A stretch of DNA of 64,000 bases from Treponema sp. (GTDB taxonomy: Bacteria > Spirochaetota > Spirochaetia > Treponematales > Breznakiellaceae). Positions within the stretch are counted from its first letter, which is position 1; each line of letters starts with the position of its first letter. The notes under the pieces are model-generated. The model saw nothing but the letters and a program-made list of their open reading frames with translations. It had not been told where the DNA came from and made no database searches. This document shows, one piece after another, positions 28,079 through 38,840 of this stretch. The stretch lies in assembly GCA_031268975.1 (NCBI GenBank), contig JAIRWM010000058.1, positions 905-64,904 on the forward strand. The letters are read 5' to 3'. Both the position numbers and the translations under genes were made by a program.

Positions 28079-29742
28079 GGTCTGGACGCCTCCGGGCGGC
28101 GTCCGTTTTTCGGGCCGCTGTTCCGTTCAATGTCGCCAATCAGCTTACATTCAATGGAGTCCACCAGGGCGGAACGGCTCGCGTCAATAATGTCTTCGGA
28201 AACTCCGACCGTTGTCCACACTCTGGGGCCGTCTGTGGATTCAATAAGCACACGGACCTTGGCGGCGGTAGCCGCGCCGCCGTCTATAACCCGGACTTTG
28301 TAGTCTGTCAGGCGGACATGCTCCAGTTCCGGGTAAAAGCGGACAAGGGCCCTGCGGAGCGCACCGTCCAGGGCGTGTACCGGGCCGTTTCCCTCCGCGG
28401 CGGCAATCTCGTCCTGTCCGTCCACCCATACCTTTACCCATGCGTGGGAACAGGCGATGGATTCGCCGGTAGGATGTTCGCTCATCACCCTGTAGGCAAG
28501 TATCCTGAAAAGGCTCTTGTACCGGCCAAGCTCACGGCGGACAAGCAGATCAAAGCTGGCGACGGCCCCCTCGAAAGCCCAGCCGGCGGCTTCCAGCGAT
28601 TTCAGCTTTTCGGCCAGAATGTTTACCGCCGGATGTTCCCTGGTGATCGAAGGATCAATGCTCCTCATCCGATCCGCTATCGCGGAACGCCCCCCGACTT
28701 CGCTCATTAAAAGGCGGCGGTCGTTTCCCACAGAAACAGGATTAACGTGCTCAAAAGATTTTGGGGTTTTGAGCACTCCGTCACTGTGCATTCCCCCTTT
28801 GTGGGAAAACGCCGATGATCCTACATACGGCATTGTCGCCGGGATCGGCACATTCGCCGTTTCGGCGATACGTCTGGTTATTTCCGAAATACGCCTGAGC
28901 TTTCCTTCCGGCAGACATGTATACCCAAGCTTCAGTTCCAGACTGGGAATAAGGGAAGCCAGGCTCGTGTTGCCGCATCGTTCCCCAAAACCAACAACGG
29001 TTCCCTGCACATGCAGACAGCCGGACTGGACGGCGGCAAGGGTGTTGGCTATGGCAAGCCCAGCGTCGTTATGGGCGTGAATCCCCAGGCGGACATTCCA
29101 CGGCGCGGCGAGGGCGGCGGCCACGGCGGCACTGATGTCGCCGGGAAAAGAACCGCCGTTTGTGTCGCAAAGGACGATGCGGTCCGCCCCCGCCTGTGAA
29201 GCAGCGTTTACCGCGGCAATGGCATAGTCAGGACTTTCCTTCCAGCCGTCAAAAAAATGTTCCGCGTCAAAAAAAACGCTTTTCCCGCGGGATTTGAAAT
29301 ACGCGACGGTCTCAAAAATCATCGCAAGATTTTCTTCGGGACTTACCCGCAGAACCTCGCGTACATGAAAATTCCAGCTTTTGCCGAAAATCGTTACCGC
29401 CTCTGTTCCCGCCTCAAGCAGGCTGCGGATTTGGGGATCTTTTTCGGGGGAGCTGTCCGGTTTGCGGGTGGGCCCAAACGCGCAGAGCTTTGAGTTTTCC
29501 AGAGAAAGCCCTTTGGCGGCAAGGAAAAAATCGGCGTCTTTGGGATTACTGCCGGGGCTTCCCGCTTCGATCCACGCGACTCCCAGTTCGTCCAGTGCGT
29601 ACACAACGGCGATCTTGTCATGCGGGGAAAAATTTATCCCTTCGCCCTGTGCTCCGTCCCGCAGGGTTGTATCGAGAATTTCTATCCGCTTCGGGCCGCC
29701 GGTTTCCCCGCCGTCCGGATACAGGTTTATCATGGCGCTCAC
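28075..29742 (-). CDS. cimA: (R)-citramalate synthase / 2-isopropylmalate synthase family
   Basis: It has ILDTTLRDGAQGEG, HAHNDAGLAIANTLAAV and a C-terminal LeuA-type regulatory domain. It overlaps ilvB by 4 nt. Confidence 0.85.
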   Translation of the reverse strand: MSAMINLYPDGGETGGPKRIEILDTTLRDGAQGEGINFSPHDKIAVVYALDELGVAWIEAGSPGSNPKDADFFLAAKGLSLENSKLCAFGPTRKPDSSPEKDPQIRSLLEAGTEAVTIFGKSWNFHVREVLRVSPEENLAMIFETVAYFKSRGKSVFFDAEHFFDGWKESPDYAIAAVNAASQAGADRIVLCDTNGGSFPGDISAAVAAALAAPWNVRLGIHAHNDAGLAIANTLAAVQSGCLHVQGTVVGFGERCGNTSLASLIPSLELKLGYTCLPEGKLRRISEITRRIAETANVPIPATMPYVGSSAFSHKGGMHSDGVLKTPKSFEHVNPVSVGNDRRLLMSEVGGRSAIADRMRSIDPSITREHPAVNILAEKLKSLEAAGWAFEGAVASFDLLVRRELGRYKSLFRILAYRVMSEHPTGESIACSHAWVKVWVDGQDEIAAAEGNGPVHALDGALRRALVRFYPELEHVRLTDYKVRVIDGGAATAAKVRVLIESTDGPRVWTTVGVSEDIIDASRSALVDSIECKLIGDIERNSGPKNGRRPEASRP

Positions 29743-30371
29743 TCTTTCCCCGGTACGGCCGGGCAGGCGGCGTCTGCCAGCAGTTCCACCATCAACGCCA
29801 CCGTATTTTTAACGGTCTCAACGGACGGCCGCTTGAGAACCGCCAGGTGAAAAATTGCCGTCTCTATCAGTCCATAAAAAATATCATCAACCGTCCTGAC
29901 ATCGATTTTTTTTAGTTCCCCGGCTTTCATGCCGTCTATCACCATTGTGGCCAATATATGCCTGAGCTTGATTGTCCTCCGCCTCAGACGGGTATCGATA
30001 ATTTCAGAAGAAGCGGTAGACCTTGAAAGATACAGAAGATAATCAAGAATTACCTGAAGAAGCTTACCGTTTTCTTCCAGCGTTTGCAGGATAAGAAAAA
30101 CCGTTTCTTTAAGTTTTTCGGGATGAGAAAGCGCCGTGTTTTTCCGCACCCGGAGAATCTTGTCCTCGACCCTGCCTAAAAGCTGCTTGATGGAAAAGTT
30201 AAAAACTTCCCGTTTGTTGCGAAAGTAGATATACAGCGTTGTTCTTGTAATGCCGCAACGGTCGGCGATTTTTTGATACGTGGCGTTTTCGAATCCTTCT
30301 TCGACAAAAACATCCAGCGCTTTTTCAAGAATCTCCCTGCGCCGTTTTTCGTGTTCCACAACAATGGCCAT
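29739..30371 (-). CDS. TetR/AcrR-family transcriptional regulator
   Basis: The N-terminal HTH reads TYQKIADRCGITRTTLYIYFRNK. It overlaps cimA by 4 nt. Confidence 0.9.
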   Translation of the reverse strand: MAIVVEHEKRRREILEKALDVFVEEGFENATYQKIADRCGITRTTLYIYFRNKREVFNFSIKQLLGRVEDKILRVRKNTALSHPEKLKETVFLILQTLEENGKLLQVILDYLLYLSRSTASSEIIDTRLRRRTIKLRHILATMVIDGMKAGELKKIDVRTVDDIFYGLIETAIFHLAVLKRPSVETVKNTVALMVELLADAACPAVPGKE

Positions 30372-30386
30372 TTTTTACTCCGATGG

Positions 30387-30454
30387 GGGCCGACCAGGAA
30401 GTCGGTGCGCAAACTATGTTTGCGGCTTCCCGGCCAGCCCTTGCATTTTCTCCT
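30387..30454 (-). promoter_or_regulatory. conserved extended hairpin in the 5' leader of the TetR-cimA-ilvB operon (copy 2 of 2)
   Basis: The minus-strand RNA is GCAAGGGCUGGCCGGGAAGCCGCAAACAUAGUUUGCGCACCGACUUCCUGGUCGGCCC. It contains the perfect DNA palindrome CGCAAAC-TAT-GTTTGCG. Confidence 0.55.
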
Positions 30455-30486
30455 GTTTCGCTGAAACGGTACGAAAATGCCGCACT

Positions 30487-30528
30487 AAAGAAGCTGTCCG
30501 AACAAGTTTTTCAAACTTTTCGGACAGC
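30487..30528 (-). terminator. Rho-independent terminator of the THUMP methyltransferase gene
   Basis: On the minus strand the stem GCUGUCCGAA...UUCGGACAGC is followed by UUCUUU. Confidence 0.7.
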
Positions 30529-30561
30529 CCCGTTTTGGAACCGCCTTCGTTCTGTATTTTT

Positions 30562-31773
30562 TTAAAGGCGTCCATATTCATACAGGCACGCATTTACCGC
30601 CCCGCTTTTTATTTCCCGCACCGTGTCGGCTTTTTTTCCAAAATGGGATTCAAACCCCTGATGATCGCAGATAATATCAAGCTTCCATCCGGGAAAATTT
30701 TCCACTAAAACGGCCATATCCCGGTATCCGGCCTCCGCGGATTCCCCGTCGCCCAGACGGCGGCCATAAGGCGGGTTTGTGATGATAAAGCCCGGCTCGT
30801 CCAGTCCAGGCCGCGCTTTGGACATGGGAAAGACGCTGAAAACGGGGAGCGCGGCTCCCTGCTGCGGCGCGGCGCGGCTTAACTGAACGGCGCGGCCGGC
30901 GTTTGTCTTTGCCAGGGCGACGGCGTTTTCGTCGGCGTCACTGCCGCAAATGCGGATAGTCCGGCCAAAGTCCGCCTGGGCGGCATATTCCTTCCGCAGA
31001 TTTTCGGCAGTGCGCTTTTCCCCGATAGCCAGATCGTCCAGGGCGAAATTTCTGCCGATTCCCGGCGCCAGATTCCAGGCGTACATGGCCGCCTCAATGG
31101 CAATGGTACCGGAACCGCAAAGCGGATCGTACAGGGGGAATTTCCGCTTCCATCCGGAAAGCAGGATGATGGCCGCCGCCGTGGTTTCCCGCAGGGGAGC
31201 AATGCCGCCCTCACGGCGGTAACCCCGTTTAAAAAGCGGCTCCCCGGCAAGGTCAATCAAAAGCGATGCCCTGTCTTTTTCCATATACACGCGAAGCTCA
31301 GCCTGCTTTGCCGCGTACGCTTCGGGAAGTTTGTTTATGCCGTAACGGCCGCAAAGCTGGTCTGCCGCCGCCTTGTGTACCGCCGCCTGAATGCTTGTTT
31401 CGGCCCTGAGCGCGGATCGGTTCGTCCTGACCTTGCCCACATGAATCCCCATGTTCCTGGGGATAAAATCATCCCAGCGGACAGAACGGGCGCCGTCAAA
31501 CAGCGCGTCAAAATCCGGCGCGGGAAAAGAAGCCGCTTCAAGCAAAACCCTGTCGGCCGCCCGCAGCGAAAACAGGGCCCGGTACAATCCGGCAAGATCC
31601 GTCTTGAACCGGACCCTGCCGAAGGCGCTTTCAATAATAGTAAACACTCCCGGCGTGGGCGAAGGAGCGCCTTCGCCTTTTTTCGCGGTGAGTTTTTTCA
31701 GCTCATTGGAGACAACTTTTTCAGCGCCGACCGCACAAAGGGCCAGGGCAGTGTACTCTTTCATCGGCGCCAT
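30562..31773 (-). CDS. THUMP-domain class I SAM-dependent RNA methyltransferase (RlmL/YpsC-like)
   Basis: It has an N-terminal THUMP-like region, the SAM site DPLCGSGT and the catalytic NPPYG. Confidence 0.8.
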   Translation of the reverse strand: MAPMKEYTALALCAVGAEKVVSNELKKLTAKKGEGAPSPTPGVFTIIESAFGRVRFKTDLAGLYRALFSLRAADRVLLEAASFPAPDFDALFDGARSVRWDDFIPRNMGIHVGKVRTNRSALRAETSIQAAVHKAAADQLCGRYGINKLPEAYAAKQAELRVYMEKDRASLLIDLAGEPLFKRGYRREGGIAPLRETTAAAIILLSGWKRKFPLYDPLCGSGTIAIEAAMYAWNLAPGIGRNFALDDLAIGEKRTAENLRKEYAAQADFGRTIRICGSDADENAVALAKTNAGRAVQLSRAAPQQGAALPVFSVFPMSKARPGLDEPGFIITNPPYGRRLGDGESAEAGYRDMAVLVENFPGWKLDIICDHQGFESHFGKKADTVREIKSGAVNACLYEYGRL

Positions 31774-31791
31774 TATAACATATTCCGGGTG

Positions 31792-32799
31792 TTACGGACA
31801 GCGGATGTATGTAAGCTCGTGTTTATTGTGATACAGATGGACAACCCGCGAACCGTCAAGGGCGGCAAAACGCCGGGGCGTATCGAAATCCGCGGTTTCC
31901 GGGCTGCCCTGCATCTTTATCGTACATACATAATTTTCGCAAAGACCCGATGCGAGCCATTTTTCCACCCATTCAAAAAGCCGGGAAGGATAACAGGCGG
32001 CATCACAAAAAAGCCAGTCGATCCTGCCGATATGCCGGGGCTCGAGGGTAAAAGCGTCATGTCTGATAAAGTCTACCCCGTCCATGTCGGTTATCCGCTG
32101 TTCCAGGGGAGAACGGTCTACGGCGGTTACCTTCGCGCCAAGTTTTGCCAGCGCCCAGGTCCAGCCTCCGGGACTGGCCCCGGCGTCAAGGCAAACACTG
32201 CCGGCCACAGGCCGCCGCCGCAGCAGAGTAAGGGCTTCCCACAGTTTAAGATACGCCCTGCTCGGGGGCCCTTCCCTGTCTTCCTCGAATTCGATAATCC
32301 CGCCGGGAAACGGGCTCGCGCATTCCGCGCTGGCCAAAAGGGTATGATCGTCCAGTAGTGTCCAGGCTCCCATTGGGACGTCCGGCAAAAGCCAGGGAAA
32401 GCCCCTCGGCTTTCCGGACAGCGGCGGAAGCTTTTCGGCGATAAGCTTTCCCCGCCGGAACCGGGTAAAAAGCGACGGCGCCCAATTCCGCTGTATGTCC
32501 CTGAGAATGGAAGCCGCACCGGCAATAGAGCCAAATTCCCTGATAAAGGGTTTTTGCCAGACATTGCGCCGCCAGAAAACCGGGCGCGGCCCCGTGGCGG
32601 CGGACACGGCCGGGACAGCGGAGGCAGACGCAGCTGGCCCCGTGGCGGCGAGCGCGGCCGGGACAAAGTAAAAAGGGCCGTACCGTGTCCAAAGCCCGCC
32701 GGGGGCTCCTCCGGCCGGGGCCGAACCAAGTTCTTTTTCAAGGTGATCTTCAAAACCGGGGACCGGTTCATATATGAGCCCGTCAAGGCTCCCTGTCAT
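31792..32799 (-). CDS. rlmM: RlmM-like 2'-O-ribose rRNA methyltransferase
   Basis: CLDAGASPGGWTWALAKLGAKVTAVD...WLFCDAACYP parallels E. coli RlmM VDLGACPGGWTYQL...WMVCDMVEKP. Confidence 0.7.
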   Translation of the reverse strand: MTGSLDGLIYEPVPGFEDHLEKELGSAPAGGAPGGLWTRYGPFYFVPAALAATGPAASASAVPAVSAATGPRPVFWRRNVWQKPFIREFGSIAGAASILRDIQRNWAPSLFTRFRRGKLIAEKLPPLSGKPRGFPWLLPDVPMGAWTLLDDHTLLASAECASPFPGGIIEFEEDREGPPSRAYLKLWEALTLLRRRPVAGSVCLDAGASPGGWTWALAKLGAKVTAVDRSPLEQRITDMDGVDFIRHDAFTLEPRHIGRIDWLFCDAACYPSRLFEWVEKWLASGLCENYVCTIKMQGSPETADFDTPRRFAALDGSRVVHLYHNKHELTYIRCP

Positions 32800-33137
32800 G
32801 CGGAACGCCAGGAAAGATAGTCTACATAACGCTGAAAGGTTTTTCCCCTGGGAGATTCCACAATATCAAAGCCGATGTCGCAGGAATAGTCCGCCGCGTG
32901 AACCCATTTGCACTCCACCACAAGATCAAAGCTGCCTATGCCGGAATTTTCTTCGGGTAATATGAGCATTTTATATTTCGCCCTGACGTCAATTTCGGGA
33001 CGCATGGTACATTCAATGCAGCAGCCGGTTATGCTGAGGTCTTTCAAAAGTGCGTCCCCCGAAAAGGCCCCCTGGATCTGCGCCCTGGCTATGGAAGGGT
33101 ATCTTCTGTTTTTGCGTTTATCTGAAACTGGAGACAT
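32796..33137 (-). CDS. PilZ-domain protein (candidate c-di-GMP receptor)
   Basis: 113 aa with RKNRR (RxxxR) and DLSITG (DxSxxG). It overlaps the rlmM-like start by 4 nt. Confidence 0.7.
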   Translation of the reverse strand: MSPVSDKRKNRRYPSIARAQIQGAFSGDALLKDLSITGCCIECTMRPEIDVRAKYKMLILPEENSGIGSFDLVVECKWVHAADYSCDIGFDIVESPRGKTFQRYVDYLSWRSA

Positions 33138-33206
33138 ACTTCAAGTATGATTCAGGTTTCTGTTTTCGTCTATACATTTTTTTCACTTTTTGGTAAATTG
33201 GCAGGC

Positions 33207-33815
33207 ATGACAGCAACAAAGAGAAACCCCGGCGAAAGAATCGCGGAACTCTGTAAAACGTACTCGATAAGCAGAGAAACCCTGGCCGAACGGAGCGGAC
33301 TTGATCCGGAGCTGATACGGCGCATTGAAGAAGAGGAACACATTCCCGATCTGGCGCCGCTGCTCAAAATATCCCGCGCTCTGGGGGTGCGGCTTGGCAC
33401 CCTGCTGGATGACCACGAAGAACTCGGCCCGGTCATTACCCGGAAAGGACAAGCGTCAGACACGGCCCGTTTTATCACCGGCAATCCTGCCGACGGCAGC
33501 CGCGCTGCCGGCAGCGGAAGCCGCGACGCCGCCGGTAAGGGACATTATTTCCACGCACTGGCGGCAGACAAGGGCAGCCGGCACATGGAGCCCTTTATTG
33601 TCGACATGGAACACGACGAAGATCAGCCAAAATCTTCCCACGAAGGCGAAGAATTTATCTATATTCTTGAAGGCACAATCAAAGTGGAGTACGGAAAAGA
33701 CAGCTACACGGTAAACACCGGAGATTCCATTTATTACGATTCCATTGTGCCCCACCGGGTTTTTTCCTCGGGCGGTGCGGCCAGGATACTGGCGGTAATC
33801 TACACTCCTGCATAA
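33207..33815 (+). CDS. XRE-family HTH regulator with a C-terminal cupin domain
   Basis: The HTH reads IAELCKTYSISRETLAERSGL. The cupin signature is HEGEEFIYILEGT...GDSIYYDS..PH. Confidence 0.8.
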   Translation: MTATKRNPGERIAELCKTYSISRETLAERSGLDPELIRRIEEEEHIPDLAPLLKISRALGVRLGTLLDDHEELGPVITRKGQASDTARFITGNPADGSRAAGSGSRDAAGKGHYFHALAADKGSRHMEPFIVDMEHDEDQPKSSHEGEEFIYILEGTIKVEYGKDSYTVNTGDSIYYDSIVPHRVFSSGGAARILAVIYTPA

Positions 33816-33882
33816 GGGAACCATCATGACGACACAAAATTCGCGCGGCCGCGCCGTACAGCCGGACAGGAGATAAAGCCGT

Positions 33883-35529
33883 ATGACATACCTGGAAACA
33901 ACACTCGGCTCCCTCTTGCGGCAAAAAGCCCGACAAGCGCCGGATCGGGACTTTATCGTTTATTCGGACCGGAACCTCCGCTGGACTTATGGGGAATTTG
34001 ACAAGCGGGTTGATGATCTTGCCCGCGGGCTGCTTGCGATGGGGCTGAAAAAAGGCGACCATGTCGGCTGCTGGGCCACAAATGTGCCCGACTGGAACGT
34101 TCTGCTTTTTGCCACAGCCCGGGCCGGGATGATCTTTGTTACAATAAACACCGGTTACAAGCTGCACGAACTGGAATACCTGATAAAACAGTCCGACCTG
34201 AAATGCCTGTTTTTGATAGACGGCTGGCGGGACTCCGATTACGTGTCCATGGTGTATGAACTGGTCCCCGAACTCAAAACATGCCAGCGCGGTCATCTGG
34301 AGTCAAAAAAATTTCCTTTCCTTGAAAGCGTCGTCTACATTGGACAGCAAAAGCACCGGGGCATGTACAGCATGAACGAGGTTCTGCTTTTGGGGCAGCA
34401 TACCCCGGAAATCGACATCCTCAAAATAGAAGCGGAATGTGACACAAACGATGTCGTCAACATGCAGTACACGTCCGGGACAACAGGCTTCCCCAAGGGG
34501 GTCATGCTTACCCACCGGAATATCCTTAACAATGGCCTCGGCATCGGCGACAACCAGCGTTTTACGGAACAGGACATTGTCTGCCTGCCCGTGCCGATGT
34601 TTCACTGCTTCGGCCTCGTACTTGGAATGATGGCTGTTATTACCCACGGAGCGGCGGCGGCGCTGGTTGAATGGTTCGATCCGCTGTTGGTACTCGCTAC
34701 CATTCAGAAAGAAAAATGTACCTCGGTGTACGGCGTTCCCACAATGTTTATCGCCGAACTGAATCATCCCATGTTCAAGATGTTTGATCTTTCAAGCCTT
34801 CGCACGGGAATTATGGCGGGCTCCCCCTGCCCCATTGAAACCATGCGCCAGGTCATCGACCTGATGCACATGAAGGAAGTAACCATTTGTTACGGCCTTA
34901 CAGAATCTTCGCCGGTAATGACCCAGACCCGCTATGACGACACGATTGAAGTCAAGGTAGAAACCGTGGGACGCGCCCTTCCGGGGGTAGAGGTCACCAT
35001 ACGCAACCCGGAAACAAACGAAGAATGTCCGGTGGGAGGTCACGGCGAATTCTGCTGCCGGGGCTACAATACGATGAAAGGCTATTACAAAATGCCTGAA
35101 GAAACAGCCAAATGCATTGACAAAACCGGCTGGCTCCATTCCGGAGATCTGGGCGTCAAAGACGAAAACGGCAACTTCCGGGTTACCGGACGGATCAAAG
35201 ACATGATCATCCGGGGAGGCGAAAACGTTTACCCAAAAGAAATCGAAGATTTTCTCTACACCATGCCGGGAATCAAAGACGTGCAGATCATCGGCGTCCC
35301 CAGCGAAAAATACGGCGAAGAAGTCAGCGCCTTTATCATCCTGCATCCCGGTGTTTCGGTGACCGAAGACGATGTGCGGGATTATTGCCGGGGCCGCATA
35401 AGCCGCTTTAAAATCCCCCGGTATGTGTTTTTCACGGACGGCTTCCCCCTTACATCTTCCGGCAAAATACAAAAGTACCTCCTGCGGGAAGAAGGCTCCA
35501 GGCGTATAGCGGCATCCGCGACGACTTGA
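33883..35529 (+). CDS. AMP-dependent acyl-CoA synthetase/ligase
   Basis: It has the AMP-binding motif [12 protein letters not shown], then [10 protein letters not shown] and GWLHSGD. The RBS is AGGAGA. Confidence 0.9.
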   Translation: MTYLETTLGSLLRQKARQAPDRDFIVYSDRNLRWTYGEFDKRVDDLARGLLAMGLKKGDHVGCWATNVPDWNVLLFATARAGMIFVTINTGYKLHELEYLIKQSDLKCLFLIDGWRDSDYVSMVYELVPELKTCQRGHLESKKFPFLESVVYIGQQKHRGMYSMNEVLLLGQHTPEIDILKIEAECDTNDVVNMQYTSGTTGFPKGVMLTHRNILNNGLGIGDNQRFTEQDIVCLPVPMFHCFGLVLGMMAVITHGAAAALVEWFDPLLVLATIQKEKCTSVYGVPTMFIAELNHPMFKMFDLSSLRTGIMAGSPCPIETMRQVIDLMHMKEVTICYGLTESSPVMTQTRYDDTIEVKVETVGRALPGVEVTIRNPETNEECPVGGHGEFCCRGYNTMKGYYKMPEETAKCIDKTGWLHSGDLGVKDENGNFRVTGRIKDMIIRGGENVYPKEIEDFLYTMPGIKDVQIIGVPSEKYGEEVSAFIILHPGVSVTEDDVRDYCRGRISRFKIPRYVFFTDGFPLTSSGKIQKYLLREEGSRRIAASATT

Positions 35530-35667
35530 CACCTTTCCCCGCAGGGGTCCAGGGCGGACCCCGGGAGTTTGCGGAATATCCTCCGGGTGTACCAGGCGCT
35601 GTCTGTAAGTTGTTGTGCGCAAGTTTAGTATTTTTGTTTGCCTCTTTCATTCGCAGTGGGGTTTGAT

Positions 35668-35774
35668 ACCCCGCCCCTCGGGGCGGTTCAAAAATGTTAT
35701 ATTTAGATAGCATAGTAACAAACCCTACCGTTAAATAATTTCCTTGCAGACCGAACCTCGTGGACGATGCAACG
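35668..35774 (-). repeat. 108-nt dispersed element, copy B (inverted partner of 7459-7566)
   Basis: Its reverse complement aligns to 7459-7566 with about 11 differences. It lies in a repeat-rich 480-bp gap. Confidence 0.7.
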
Positions 35775-36007
35775 CTTACAAGATACCTCGCCCGGAGGAG
35801 CGAGGAGGTTCATTTTTGTTAGGCGGCATTAACCGCGCATTTATTTCATTCGTGGCGGGGGTTTAATACCCCGGAGCTCCGTTCCGCAAAGGCTCACTAA
35901 TCTTTCTGTTAACACATCCTGTGCATTGCTGTCCTTGGACTGTCCAGAGAAATATACGCCATGGCCTTGTCATGAGCCGTGAAAAAACAGTACAATTAAA
36001 GGGTACA

Positions 36008-38727
<2,720 letters not shown>

Positions 38728-38749
38728 CACCCGCCAGGTTGCAATTACC

Positions 38750-38794
38750 GCAGTTCCCCGCCGCCGGCCAAACGGTTCGCCGGCGGGGAACTGC
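38750..38794. terminator. 14-bp GC-rich hairpin between convergent eno and radA (putative bidirectional terminator)
   Basis: The arms are GCAGTTCCCCGCCG and CGGCGGGGAACTGC, separated by 17 nt. There is no U-tract. Confidence 0.45.
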
Positions 38795-38840
38795 GTACAA
38801 ACCGGCGGACAGCCGGCAGCGGGCTCTGCTCCGCGGAGGC

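Noticed and set aside
35450-35713. 87-aa minus-strand ORF starting MLSKYNIFEPPRGAG
   Set aside because: Only the first 15 codons are shared with the other copy of the element. The rest is antisense to the acyl-CoA synthetase 3' end and looks non-coding. The possibility of a short peptide is kept under the repeat finding.
35640-35880. Degenerate CRISPR array (repeated ..CATTCG..GGGGTTTRATACCCCG)
   Set aside because: There are only two units about 200 bp apart with dissimilar spacing. No cas genes are in the window, and a third relative sits alone 7 kb away in the opposite orientation.
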